A DNA stretch of 61,275 bases, filler included, from Pirum gemmata (GCA_002812295.1; 13 parts of 13 records of this genome joined end to end with filler, not necessarily neighbours in it); one strand, 5' to 3'. Counted from the whole stretch's first letter, positions 37,520-50,866 are shown. Translations and numbers: made by a program. Notes: generated by a model from the letters alone, not told the origin.

Positions 37520-38100
37520 GTTATTTATTGTTGTTATTATTGTTATTATTGTTATTGTTATTACTAGTATACTGTTATTAATACTGTTATTATTGTTATT
37601 ATTATTGCTACTGTTATTACTATTGACATTGTTATTGTTATTGTTATTGTTATTGTTATTATTGTTATTGTTGTTATTTATATTGTTATTGCTATTTTGT
37701 TATTATTGTTATTGTTATTGTTATTGTTATTAATATTGTTATTGTAATTGTTATTGTTATTAATTAAATATTATTTGCTATTGTTATTGTACACGTTGTT
37801 GCTATTGTTATTGTTATAATATTGTTATTACTATTGTTATTGTTATTAATATTGTTATTGTTATTGTTATATATTGTTATTGTTGTTGTTATTAATTAAT
37901 ATATTAATATTGTTATTGTTATATATATTGTTATTATTATTATTATTGTTAACGTTATTGTTATTGTTATTATTAATATTGTTATTGTTAATAATATTGT
38001 TATTGTTATTGTTACTAATATTGTTATTATAATATTGTTATTGTTATTGTTATTGTTATTGTTATTATTATTATTGTTGTTGTTGTTGTTGTTGTTGTTA
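37520..38100. repeat. (TTATTG)n degenerate microsatellite
   Basis: Direct reading. Confidence 0.9.
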
Positions 38101-38450
38101 AGCTAAAAAACTAAAATAAGATTTAAAAATTTTAAAGTACTATATTAATTTGGGTTTTATTTTCATATTTCGGGCAAAAGTAAAAATATTACCGGTAATA
38201 CAAAACATTGTCTAATTTTGATGAAAATTCATAATATTAAAAAAGGAGAAACTCAAACTTCAATATTTTTAATATCTCTTTTTGAGTTTTGTTATATTTT
38301 AAATCATACACAAAACCCTAACCCTAACCCTAACCCTAACCCTAACCCTANNNNNNNNNNNNNNNNNNNNNNNNNNNNNNNNNNNNNNNNNNNNTTAATT
38401 AATTAANNNNNNNNNNNNNNNNNNNNNNNNNNNNNNNNNNNNNNNNNNNN

Positions 38451-38570
38451 ACCCTTACCCTTACCCTTACCCTTACCTTTACCCTTACCTTTACCCTTAC
38501 CCTTACCCTTACCTTTACCCTTACCCTTACCCTTACCCTTACCCTTACCCTTATTACCCTTACCCTTAAC
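38451..38570. repeat. (CCCTTA)n telomere-variant repeat at a contig start
   Basis: Direct reading. Confidence 0.85.
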
Positions 38571-39401
38571 CCCAACTCCAGCCCCAACTCCAACTCCTTA
38601 CCCCAGCCCCAACCCCAACACCCATAAGTACTAAATAAATACCGTAAAATACTTTGGTATATGTATAAGTTAATTAAGATGATTTGATTGGCATTTGGTT
38701 TTTAAGCTTTTTGTACTTTTCACCATAATATAGTCTATGATAAGCAATTGTATTGTTCTTTTGTGGTAGAAATATTGGGTTTTAACATTGTTCTTAGTAT
38801 TATATATAGCGTTGTAGTCGTTGTTGTGGATATGAGTTGTCGTTTATTATTCGGATTTGGTTAGCCATATAGTCTATGCAATATAATCTAGATACTGTCT
38901 TAGTTGCCTTTTTTAATTAATAGCCCTAGCTAGCTAGCTAGCTAGGTGCCTTAGCCCTTAGGTGCTGTCTTACTTACAATTTACAACTATTATCCGATAC
39001 ATACTTACTACCGGTATCATACAATCTAAAAATGTCTACTTTTTTTTACTAATTAAAAGTCCCACACTAGTCCCACCCTTTTTTTTATGTTCGAAAATTT
39101 TTCAAACCTATTACATTTCTTCAATTCGAAAACTAAAAGTTCTAGCGAAATCCTAAAGTTGGTCATTTGCACCACAGCTAGCTACTACTAGCTAGCTAGG
39201 TCTACTTCTATCATACTATGATATGATACAATCTCTCTGTAGACCCCCAGGGGGTCTAGCTAGCTAGAGAGCTAGCTAGTCTACTAGAGGTCTATGTGGT
39301 GTCTGATGATAGTCGGTAGAGACTCTACTATGATACTAGCTAGAGAGCTTAGAGAGCCCCCCCCACTCCTGGTAGTCTATCGTCTAGAGACCCCCATTCT
39401 A

Positions 39402-39580
39402 TCGTGCTTTTCATTTATTTTGTCGTTATAAAATATACAATAAATAGTATCAAATTAATACAATATAAATCCATTTCATTTAATTTGGTATAATTTATTA
39501 TATATATACATATATTTAAAAGTATCAATTTAAATACTAAAAACAACCAAATAAATGTGACAAAATAAATGAAAAGCACA
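39402..39580. mobile_element. MITE family A
   Basis: TA|TCGTGCTTTTCATTTATTTTGTC ... GACAAAATAAATGAAAAGCACA. Confidence 0.85.
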
Positions 39581-40089
39581 AATTCTGCACAATAGATAGA
39601 CCCTAGCTAGGTTAGCTACTAGCTAGTAGTCCACCTACTAGTAGAGCCTAGCTAGTATCATAGAGTGGCTACTATCAGATACTTAGTAGCTACTAGTAGT
39701 AGCTAGCTACTAGCTCTAGCTAGCTAGAGGCTATCTCGATTCCTCGATTCCCCAAAGACTATCTATTTATGGGTAACTACTTTCCATATGTGGAAAGCAA
39801 AATTTTGTTCTAAAAATTACGTCAAAATGACGTAACTTTTTTCCTTTTTTGGCAACTTACTCCTCTACAGGAAAAAAATCTACTAGTTAGCTAGTCTAGC
39901 TAGCTAGAGCTAGCTGATAACACTCTGATAACTATATAATAGTCTATCATAAATATCCTAAAAATATCAGATATGATAACTAAGGTCTGGTCTATATGTA
40001 AAAGGTTCTAGCTATCATAGCTAGCTACTAGCTAGCTAGGAAAAAGGTCAGGGACTGAGTCAGGGAAAAAAAAAGGTTAGAGGTTACAG

Positions 40090-40267
40090 TTTCATTTATT
40101 TTGTCACTCCGGATATTTATTTGGTGGGTTATAATTTTATAATTGACATTGTTAAATAAATAAATGGAAAATAAAATATACCAAATTAAATGAAATGGAT
40201 TTATATTGTATTAAGTTGGTACTCTTTATTGTATATTTCATGATGACAAAACAACTGAAAAGCACGA
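40090..40267. mobile_element. MITE family A
   Basis: Near-full copy ending TGAAAAGCACGA. Confidence 0.8.
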
Positions 40268-40826
40268 TTTTACAATTGACACTAGCTAGCTAGCTAGAGC
40301 TAAGCCTCAGAGGGGTCAGGGACTCAGACCTCCTTACTAGTCTAGCTAGTCTACTTAGCTAACTAGCTAGCTAGCTAGGTCCAAATCTAATAAAAGCAGC
40401 CATCAAATCTAAGCTAATCCCAACCTTCAGTCCAAATATAGAATTCAAATTAGGTAATATATTGAAACATACTTATAAAAAGTAAAAAAAAATCTATTTT
40501 TGGCAAATAAGAACTTGGTCCGGTGGTGAAAAAATTTCTTGTTTTTTTTTTTTTTTTCAAAGTTTACCATTTCTAACCATTTTTAGAGTATTTTCAAAAA
40601 ATTGCATCGATTTGCAAATTGCAAATTTTGCATCCATTTTTCACTAATTTTCAATATTTTTTATTCGATTTTTATTGGCATTAGTGATTTTTTTTAATTT
40701 TTATTTTCCAAAACGAATTTCCATATACAGGATACATCTATTTGACAAATTGACACTCCGAGTCACACAGACTCACACTCGATTCAATGCTCGAGGCCAT
40801 TGCTCACTTTGATGGTCGAAATTTCG

Positions 40827-40867
<41 letters not shown>

Positions 40868-41556
40868 CAAAAAAAAAAAAAAAAAAAAAAAAAAATCGAG
40901 CCCGAAAAAAGAATAATTAATTTGAATCTACGGTACTAATTGAAGACCTACCGCGTAAGATCAGACTCTCACTCGCTCACCCCCCACCCACGGGCCTCAC
41001 CAGGCTCCCAGCCTCTCACTCAGTCAGTAGCCACTTTCCCTTTCAAGGTAGGGGGAGCTAGCTAGCTAGCCAGGTCTGAACTCTGATACTAGCTAGAGCT
41101 ACTAGCTACTAGCTAGACCCGGTCTATAGACCATGATTATTTTTCGAGCTTTTTAGGGTTTAAAAACTTTTAATTTTAACTAGCCAAATTATATTTAAAA
41201 ACTAGCAATTGGTTAAGAATAGAATTTTTTAGTTAAAATATTTCTCAAAATTTGGTAGTACTTTTATCGAAATTGGATTATTTTGAGATTTTTTGGATTT
41301 TTAAGCTCAGTGTTAGCAAGGAAGACTAAAAAAAATCTGGAATAGTCTAAAAGACTCTAAAATCTAAATGCATTTGATATGACGTAACAATTGAAAAGCT
41401 TGAAAGGGAAAAATGATGACGCTTAGATGACGTAATATGGATAAAAAGTTTTTTAAAAACCCCAAAAATCTTTTTGGGGTGGGTAACACTAACACCACCA
41501 GTAACACCGTGGGTTTTTTACTTGGCCCTTTCAATGTTGACGTAAATTTATTATTA

Positions 41557-41701
41557 GGGAGCGTTCAAATACTACGTAACGCCAATTTCCGGTCAAATAC
41601 AGCTTCAAATACCCCTACCTACCTACCCCTCGACGTTAATTTCCAGTTAAATACCACCTACCTACCTACCCCTTGACGTGACGTATTATTTGAACGCTCC
41701 C
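41557..41701. mobile_element. Family C PIF/Harbinger-like (Tourist-type) MITE, 145 bp
   Basis: TIR GGGAGCGTTCAAATA.TACGT.ACG with a perfect TTA target duplication. A partial copy lies at 52538-52673. Confidence 0.88.
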
Positions 41702-42140
41702 TTATTGTGGTTATTTTCAGTCTTTGGTTTTATTATTTACAAAGGGCCAGGAATCATCCATAAAGGACGTCACCTAATCTTACCTATGCCTCTTTGTCCA
41801 AAACACTTTTGGTCATAATTTTAAAGTTCATTTTAATAATTAATTACTACCTTAAACAGTTTAAGTCACGCTTTCGAGCAATGACTTCTATCAAAGAATT
41901 TATGAATGTTCCCTTGGGTAAATATGCTAGAAATTTTCGAGCTCTGGTTTGCGAACTGTTTTATTCCATAGTCTAATAACGCATAATAACGCATAATAAC
42001 GCATAATAACGCATAATAACGCGCTCTAGTAATAACGCGCAAGGATTTTTTTGAAGAGTAGATACCGGTAGGCATGTTGTTAGGTCTACTATTTATATCG
42101 ATAAGTAGTCTAACTACCGGATCGGATAGCTATACCGGTA

Positions 42141-42298
42141 GTGCTGTTCAGTTGATATACAATAAATAGTACCAAATTAATTCAATATAAATGCATTTAA
42201 TTTAATTTCGTATCTATGTATTTATTTAAAAATGTCAGTTTAAATATTATAACCCTCCAAATAAATATTCAGAATGACCAAATAAATGAAAAGCACGA
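42141..42298. mobile_element. MITE family A (internal deletion)
   Basis: GTGCTGTTCAGTTG ... TGAAAAGCACGA|TA. Confidence 0.8.
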
Positions 42299-42760
42299 TA
42301 ATTAGCTAGCTAGAAGGGGTGGGGTCTATATTATATGATATCTGATATCAGATATAAGTTGTTGCCCAGGGAAGAAGGTACAGCAAAACTTCAGTATCCG
42401 AAGTAGACTAGTAGTAGTCTATCATATTAAATATACTGATTAAATATATTATTATAAATAATGGCAAGACCGTCTAACCGAGTAGACTATAGAGTCCTAG
42501 CTAGCTACTAGTAGCTAGCTAGGTCAAAGAGCTTTGGCCCCGCTCGTTTGGCCTTTGGGGTTTATACTAATAAAGAGCTGTACTAAGACTGTATTATCAT
42601 ATAAGTAACCTTCTAAAGGTGTTTTATCATAATAATATTGTTATCATATATAGTGGTATTGAGAATAACAACAACAACACTAGAACAGCAGAGACTATTA
42701 ACTACCTATTGTATCGTACATTTATCGTGATAATACTACTAGCTAGCCTGTAGACCTAGC

Positions 42761-42816
<56 letters not shown>

Positions 42817-42929
42817 TGTTGAACCACCAGTGAAACGAACAAGCAATATGCTTAAAAACAGTATATAAGCAATCATGGAAAACAACAAAATGGAGAAAAA
42901 ACATCTTTTATTTATAATAAACAACGTTC

Positions 42930-43545
42930 AACCTCAACACGTTATTCGGTCGGTATGATATGTTGTAACTTTTTGTATGATCGATAAGTGACCATATTAG
43001 AAATGTGCATCCGGTGTTATTTGGTGTGATTGTGCTGTTGTGATGAGTGCATGTTTGTTTTCCGTTGATACAGTGCGCATGTTCATTTTGTATAATCTGT
43101 TTTGCTTCCTGCCAGTTATTAGGAGTTTGCCATCGTAATAAATTGATAATGTGCCATTTTTAATTTTAGTTTCATAACCAATGTCATCCAGTATTGGTAT
43201 GGAAAGTAAATTGTAAGGACTTTTTGGATTTATGATGGCTTTGCCGCCAAGTTTTTTCAGTGTAACAGCTGTGTGTGTGGTTATTGGTGTTGATGCTGTT
43301 GTCATTGTGTTGCTTTGTGTGTATGGTTGTGTTGTGTATTGTGTTGTTTTAGTGTAATCTGGCATTGCAACAGTATCGGCAACAAAAAGCCATTCTTTTT
43401 CATCTGGTGTGATTGTGGCAGTGTTGAGCGCGAATTGTTCACATGTACTGGATGACATTGTTATGAAACTTGGCGGTAAAGCAATCATAAATCCAAACAG
43501 TCCTTATAATTTATTTTCCATGCCAATACTGGATGACATTATACG
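42930..43545 (-). mobile_element. Ty1/copia pol remnant (protease to GAG-pre-integrase region)
   Basis: W.FVADT protease-like motif, NLLSI..L...G and G.KQNRLYKM, then HF*YGHLS (degenerate WHxRLGH) with an in-frame stop. Confidence 0.7.
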
Positions 43546-43876
43546 ATATAATCGCGATACTCTATAGATTACCAAAGTATAATAGCATAACATAATATAA
43601 CAGAAAACACTTACACACACACGAGGTACCAAACACACATATATAATATATATCAGATATATGCCACTACATACCCACACCCACATGCACGCATGCACAT
43701 GGCATCTACCCACCCACCCACCCACACACACACACATGAACACANNNNNNNNNNNNNNNNNNNNNNNNNNNNNNNNNNNNNNNNNNNNTTAATTAATTAA
43801 NNNNNNNNNNNNNNNNNNNNNNNNNNNNNNNNNNNNNNNNNNNNATAATAATAATAATAAAGTGATGTTCAAAGAC

Positions 43877-43970
43877 CTTTTCTTTTGTCGGCAATAAAAC
43901 CGGTAATCCATCACCATAAGTATCCATAAAATATTCTAAGTCATCTTGATCTGGGCTTATTTGTTTTGAA
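43877..43970 (-). CDS. Internal exon encoding a DGLPV-x-x-PT motif protein
   Basis: Acceptor cttag, donor AAG|GT. Peptide SKQISPDQDDLEYFMDTYGDGLPVLLPTKEK. Confidence 0.5.
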
Positions 43971-44435
43971 CTAAGCATTGTTAAAAGAATAAAAAATTAC
44001 TGGCCCTATATATGCCATACAAGAATAGTTTTTCAAAGCACCACTATCTAAATAACAAGATGGCGTAGTATGCAGCCGGCTGTATGTTTATGTTGTTTAA
44101 GTATCTACTAGCAATGATTTTGAGATTTTAGCAGTTTATACATAAATAATTTAAAAGGTTAGAAAAATACTAGTATATTGAAAAATAATAATGTTTTTAT
44201 ATTATTATAGAATCAGTATTTGATTCATTTTTTTTATAATAATTATGATATGCATAATAGACTAATAAATAATAATAAAATGCCTTTTAGTTTAGTTGTT
44301 ATAATATTATTCTTGTTCTTCTTGTTCTTCGTGTGACTTTTTTTTTTAACTCTTTTTTATCAGGTCTAGCTAGCTAGAGCTACTACTAGCTAGACTATCT
44401 ATGACTTCCTTCCTACTAAGTACTATGATAAGTTA

Positions 44436-44610
44436 GGAGGGGTGAGCACCCCCTTTGCGAACATTTTTAAGGGCGAGGGGTGAAGTGGAAGGCTATTCGC
44501 CACTTCACAGTTACCATAAATAGTATTTATATAGCTATAAATAGTAGNATTTTGGCGAACTTTTGGTACCAGAGCCTTCAATTAGTAAAATGACGTCATC
44601 TCATCCCTCC
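44436..44610. mobile_element. Family D-related MITE (TIR GGAGGG.TGAG)
   Basis: Inverted termini. The same GGAGGGATGAGATGACGTCAT end starts the element at 30832-31042. Confidence 0.65.
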
Positions 44611-44795
44611 TGATAAGTTCCTACTAGCTAGAGCTAGCTAGTCTAGCTAGTAGCTAGTCTAGTCTACTAGCTAACTGACTAACTACAGTGAGTCTACAGT
44701 GCTACTACTAACTAGTAGCTAGCTAGCTACTGGTATTCAAATTCCATTCTGATAAAAAGATAATGACGTCATAATATACCTCATTTATATCACGA

Positions 44796-44960
44796 GTTGT
44801 CCTCTCAATCTTTAATTTGGTATCGTTTAAGTGTATAATTGAGCTTTTTTATAAAATAAAACATTAAGTATAAAATACCAAATTAATTAAAATATGCCCG
44901 ATAGTTTAGCCATAATAATAATTTGGTACGTTTATTTCAGTTTTGAACTGGATAACACGA
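44796..44960. mobile_element. MITE family B
   Basis: B core ending GGATAACACGA|TA. Confidence 0.8.
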
Positions 44961-45391
44961 TATACCATCATCTGACCCCACACCATAGTCCTAGCTAGCT
45001 ATCTCATAGCTAGCTAGTATCGATAGCATTACCGGTACGACCAGATGACTTACCCGTTAGACTACCCTCTCTAACCCTAACCTTACTTTATTTATAATCG
45101 TAAATTCAGTTATCAAAACCTCAACCAATAATTGAACTTACGATTATGAATAGAGTATACGTATGGTTAGGGTTAGGGTTAGGGTTAGGGTTAGGGTTCT
45201 AGGGTTAGTTAAGGCCAGGGTTAAGGTTAGGGTTAAAAGGTTAGAATAATTCAATATTCAAATTCGTGTTATATAATGATATTGTGAATTTATTTTAAAA
45301 TTTGTTATCATAGTATGAGCCATAACACTGACATGGTTGCAATTGTTGTTGTTGTTACTACTACTACTACTGTTATTGTTGTTGCACATAA

Positions 45392-45427
<36 letters not shown>

Positions 45428-45729
45428 TGTTGTTGCTGTTGTTGTTGTTACAATTGTTGTTGCAATGTTGTTGTTGGTGGTGTTGTTTGGAGGTTGAGTT
45501 TGATATGTCGATGTCTGTGCCGTTGAAGGTGGGAATGGAGTTGAAGGTTGAAGAACTAGGGTTAGGGTTAGGGTTAGTTAAAGTGGGAATGGACGTTCGT
45601 CAGGTTCGAAAACCTGGGTATATGGAGGAGGGAGGAGGAGAAGAGGTCAAAACAGCCCAAGAGTTTCAGCTCTAAGGAGATTTCCTTACCCAGGCCCGTC
45701 TTTATTAATTAGAAGGGTTATGAGTAATA

Positions 45730-47339
45730 TTATATATATAATAGTAATATAATAATAATAATTTAATAGTAATATTATTAATAGTAATAATAATAATAAT
45801 AGTAATGGTAATAGTAATAGTAATAGTATTTATAATAGTATTATATAGTATTAATTAATATACAATAATAGCATTAATATTAGTAATTTAATTAATTAAT
45901 GGTAGTACTAGTAGTAGTAGTAATAGTACTAGTAATATTAATAGAAATATTAAAATAATCAATTGTAATAGTAATATTAATATTAATATTAATAGTAATA
46001 GTAATAGTAATAGTAATATTAATAGTAATATGATAATAGCTAGTAATATGATATATAATAGTAATAGTAATAGTAATAGTAATAGTAATAGTAATAGTAA
46101 TAGTAATAGTAATAGTAATATTAGTAATAGTATAGTAATTGCAATACAATACAATGTTAATACAATACAATATAATGTTAAAATACAATATAAACTATAG
46201 CATACAACACAGTATAGTACAATGCAATGCTAAGTGAGCAACGAAACTTATTCAACGAAATAAACGAATATATTATGAATAAATGATTAGAAAGTTAAAA
46301 ATGCAACAGTAATTATAATAATATAATAACAGTAACGTTAACAGCAATAGTAATAATATTATTTTTAGTAAAAGTAACAGTAATATATATAGTATTATAA
46401 AAATTAATATTATAAAAATTAAGTAATATTAATATTTAAAATATTAATTAAAAAACATTAATTGATATATCAATTAATATCAATGATAATAGTAATAGTA
46501 CTAGTATTATTATTAACTATAAAGCAATAATAATTATGTAAGGTAGAGTACTAGTAGGTCATTAATAATTTTATAATTATATTATGAATATAATATGCGT
46601 ATGATTAATATGATGCAATATAATATTATAAACAATAATTTGTAATAGAATAGTAATAGTAATAGTAATAGATAGTAATAGTACTAGTATTTAATATCAT
46701 AATAATATTAATAGTAATATATAGACTCATTGTTTCCATCCTGTTAGTTCTAGACATAGTAGTTGTTAGTTTTAGCCCTCAAAACTAACAAAAGAGGATT
46801 CCAGATGGGCTTTTTGTAATAGTCTATCCCTAGAAGTAGGATAGACTATTACAAAAAGCCCATCTGGAAGCCTCTTTTGTTAGTTTTGAGGGCTCAAACT
46901 AACAACTACTATGTCTAGAACTAACAGGATAGAAACAATGAATCTATATAGTAATAGTAATAGTAATATTTTAATATTTTAAAATACTAATACTAATAGT
47001 AATAGTAATAGTGATAATAATTTTTTATAATATCATCTTATAATAGCAATAGTAACAGTAATAGTATAATATTATAGTAATAGTAATAGTAATAGTAATA
47101 GTAATAGTAATAGTAATAGTAATAGTAATAGTACTAGTAATAATACGTAATAGTAATATTAATACTAATATTAATACTAATATTAATAGTAATAGTAATA
47201 GTAATATATAGTAGCAAGAATATAGTAATAGTAATAGTAAAATTAATAGAAAAGTAACAACAATACATATAGTAGACAATAATAGTAATATATCGATACT
47301 AAACAATAATAGTAATGGTAATAGTGCTAGGATCATCAA

Positions 47340-47376
<37 letters not shown>

Positions 47377-47420
47377 AGTAATAGTGGTAGTATAGTAGTA
47401 GTTGTAGTAACTGTAATAGT
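45730..47420. repeat. (AGTAAT)n-rich low-complexity region
   Basis: Direct reading. Confidence 0.85.
46718..46950. mobile_element. Near-perfect fold-back element (~110-bp arms, ~9-nt loop)
   Basis: 46718-46829 is the reverse complement of 46839-46950 with few mismatches. TATATA flanks, inside an (AGTAAT)n tract. Confidence 0.9.
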
Positions 47421-47558
47421 AATATTAATAATAACAGCAATAGCAAAAGTAACAGTATTTTTTAATAACAGTAAAATATTTATACATAGTAATAATAAAT
47501 TTTAAATGTAATAATATTATCAATATTATCGATAATAAGATGAAACGAAACTTTAGTA

Positions 47559-48201
47559 TCGTCCTCTCAATCTTTAATTTGGTACTGTTTAAGTGTATAA
47601 TTGAACCTTTTTATAAAACCCAACATTTAAGTATAAAATACCAAATTAGTTAAAATATGTCTGATAGTCTAGCCATAATAATAATTTGGTATGTTTATTT
47701 CAGTTTTTGAACTGGACAACACGATAATCTCAAAAAGTCTAGTAGTAGTCTAGCTAGCTACTATAGCTAGACCTAGGTCTAGGTAGCTAGCTAGACGGGT
47801 CTAGCTAGCTGACTCCCTCCCCCCCTCCTACTCCCCCTCTAGCTAGCTAGCTAGTCTACTCTAGCTAGCTAGCTAGCTATCGTGTTTTTGTCCAGTTCAA
47901 AAACTGAAATAAACTTACCAAATTATAATAAATTGGTCATGTTTTAATTAATTTGATATTTTATATAGTAATTTTATTTTATAAAAAAGTTCAATTATAT
48001 AATTAAACGGTACCAAATTAAAGATAGAAAGGACAACTGTAATGAAATAGACGATACAGTTTCGCCCTTATCTATCAGAGTTCCGCGTAGTTAATACCCT
48101 CTCAATCTTTAATTTGGTACTGTTTAAGTGTATAATTGAACCTTTTTATAAAACCCAACATTTAAGTATAAAATACCAAATTAGTTAAAATATGTCTGAT
48201 A
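47559..48201. mobile_element. Three family B MITEs: 47559-47724 (+), 47880-48054 (-), 48097-48201 (partial +)
   Basis: A tail-to-tail pair separated by a CTAG tract. The third copy is near-identical to the first and is cut by the contig end. Confidence 0.85.
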
Positions 48202-48453
48202 NNNNNNNNNNNNNNNNNNNNNNNNNNNNNNNNNNNNNNNNNNNNTTAATTAATTAANNNNNNNNNNNNNNNNNNNNNNNNNNNNNNNNNNNNNNNNNNN
48301 NACAAAACAATTTCAAACCCTCAAACCCTCCATTTTTTCTTGAAGATCTCATATTTATCATTCCAGAATACACTTTTCGTACTCTTTTCGTAGTTCTTAT
48401 AATATATAATAAATAAATTTGATTTATCATTGTTAATATTATTTTTTTTTTAA

Positions 48454-48687
48454 CTACCAAACCGGATAAAAATGGCGACATCTGCCATATGAGCTCAAAT
48501 CCAAAAAAATTCAAAATGATCCAATTTTAATGTAAGTGCTACCAAATTTTAAAAATTCTTTTGACTAAAAAAACTCTATTATGAACCAATGATTAGTTTT
48601 TAAAAATAATTTGGCTAGTTGGAATTAAAGGTTTTTAGAAAAGAAGTCTAAAAAAAATGATTTCTATAGTTTTATCCGGCTTGGCTG
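48454..48687. mobile_element. MITE family E
   Basis: TTAA|CTACCAAACCGGATAAAA ... TTTTATCCGGCTTGGCTG|TTGA. Confidence 0.8.
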
Positions 48688-50681
48688 TTGAAAAAAAAAG
48701 CTCTTGATTTCCTTTATCTTTATTATTAAAGGAAGAGTAATAGGTTACAGTTATATAGTTAAATTAAAGTTGTAATTTTGTTGATTTGTTTTATAATACT
48801 TTTAAGTATGAGTTAATGATTTGATTGTAAATTGGTTCTAGCTTGTTGTACTTTTCATAATAGATATAGTCTAGCACTAGCCAGCAACCAAACTCAGAGA
48901 TAATTTTTTTAAAAAATGAACTGAGCGGTGACCCGGACACCTACTAGACTTACTATAAACGTTTGTATCTCCACTGCTGTTGTTACTATGAAGATGATTA
49001 TTAAAAGACAACTATATAGTAATACATGACTTTTAATATGTATGCTTGTAATAATATAATCATCATCTTCATAGCAGAAACACCAATGGAAATGTGAGTG
49101 TTTAAATTAAAGAAAGGCTAGAACCCGGGTCCTTCAGCATATCCCATAAAAAATTTGTCATAATAATATAGTCATGAGACCTTCACGGTTACACAAGTAG
49201 GTGTCATGAATCATGATACCTCTTTGTCTATCGATAGTAGCTAACATTATACCCCTTTTAGTAAAACGAAAGGGGGCCTACAGTATATATATTTACTATT
49301 GTATATAATTATATTTTTGACTTCATATTAAAAATCTGTCTATATTATTAAAAATTTTATATAAAAGTGCAGAGTCGATATTTATAGAATTCATGGAATC
49401 ATGGGTGTCTGTCTGACTCTGTCGTCTAATCTATCGTATAGAATTCTCAAAACACTCATAGACTACAAAGTGGACCCTACAATTTACAAAGTTTTATCAT
49501 AGACCTTTCTCATTAAATGTTATGACATACTCGATAGTCGATACTACATAGATCTAGTCTACTAGCTAGCTAGTATAGTCTGTATCGATAGTAGCTAGGA
49601 GAAGGATCAAAAATAAAAAACGTCTGGAAGAGTCAGCAATAATCTTTTATTTTTTTTAATTAAAAAATAATATCATATAAAAATAATAAATCAGCCCAAA
49701 AGAAATAATGAAAACATCAAAATGATCATCAAATTATCAATACAAACAACTAAATAAATATAGACTAGTCTATAATTCGACTACTTTATCACCTCTATTA
49801 AACAGTATCATAGGAAAACACTGAGGAAAAAAAAACACTTTTTTTAGGAGAGGAAAAGGTCCTTTTTTTTTTTTTTTTTTTTTTTCAATGATAGTCTAGC
49901 TAGTAGCTAGCTAGACTATCATAGCCAAGTTGAATAAAACAGTAGAAATCTTTTTTTTTTTTTTTAGACTTGTTTTCGAAACCTTTTAATATTAACTAGT
50001 CAAATTATTTTTAAAAACTAGCCATTGGTTCATAATAGAGTTTTTATAGTTAGATGATTCCTCAAATTTTGGTAGTACTTTCATTAAAATTGGGTCATTT
50101 TGAGATTTTTGGATTTTGAGCTTATATGGCATCCGCGCCATTTTTATCCAGCTTGAAAAAAAAAAAAAAAGGAAAAGGAAAAGGAAAAAAAAGTTACATT
50201 TTTATATGATATAATCACACATTTCGAAAATTTTGTAGTTAGCTACAGTCAGCTAGCTAGCTAGCTAGCTAGAGCAGTAGCAGAGCAGTAAAAAAAGTTA
50301 AAATTATTTTTTTTAAGTTTTAAAAAGTCTACTAGCTAGCTAGACTAGCTAGATACTAGCTAGCTAGCTAGACCTCTAGCTAGCTAGCTAGACCTCTAGC
50401 TAGCTGACGATACTAGCTAGCTAACACGCCAGTCCTAGCACGCCAGTCTATATATCTAGGTCTATATATAGAACCCCCCCTAGCTAGCCTCCCTAGAGCT
50501 AGCTAGCTAGCTAGCTAGCTAGCTAGTAGCTTAGTAGTATCGATAGAATCTTTTTTTATCCGAAGTGAAAATACAACCCCCATGACGTCACGACCTACTC
50601 CTAGCTAGCTACAACCAAAACGAGCCTTGAAATGACAGTTTTACCATGAGAACTAGCTAGCCTAGTAGCTAGAGAGAACTA

Positions 50682-50866
50682 TTGTGCTTTTCATTTATTT
50701 TGTCAATCTGAATATTTATTTGGTTGGTTATAATATTTAAATTGATATTTTTAAATGAATAAATAAATAATAAAATATACCAAATTAAATGAAATGAATT
50801 TATATTATATTAATTTGGTACTCTTTATTACATATTTTATGATGACAAAACAAATGAAAAGCACGA
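50682..50866. mobile_element. MITE family A, near-consensus
   Basis: TA|TTGTGCTTTTCATTTATTTTGTCA ... TGACAAAACAAATGAAAAGCACGA|TA. Confidence 0.88.

Noticed and set aside
45315..47339. Poly-Leu/Ile/Thr ORFs (also 12234-12591, 33756-33968, 37509-37733)
   Set aside because: Translations of ATT/AGTAAT/TAG microsatellites.
48315..48400. Possible minus-strand exon (NYEKSTKSVFWNDKYEIFKKKW)
   Set aside because: Too short, at a contig edge, with ambiguous frame.
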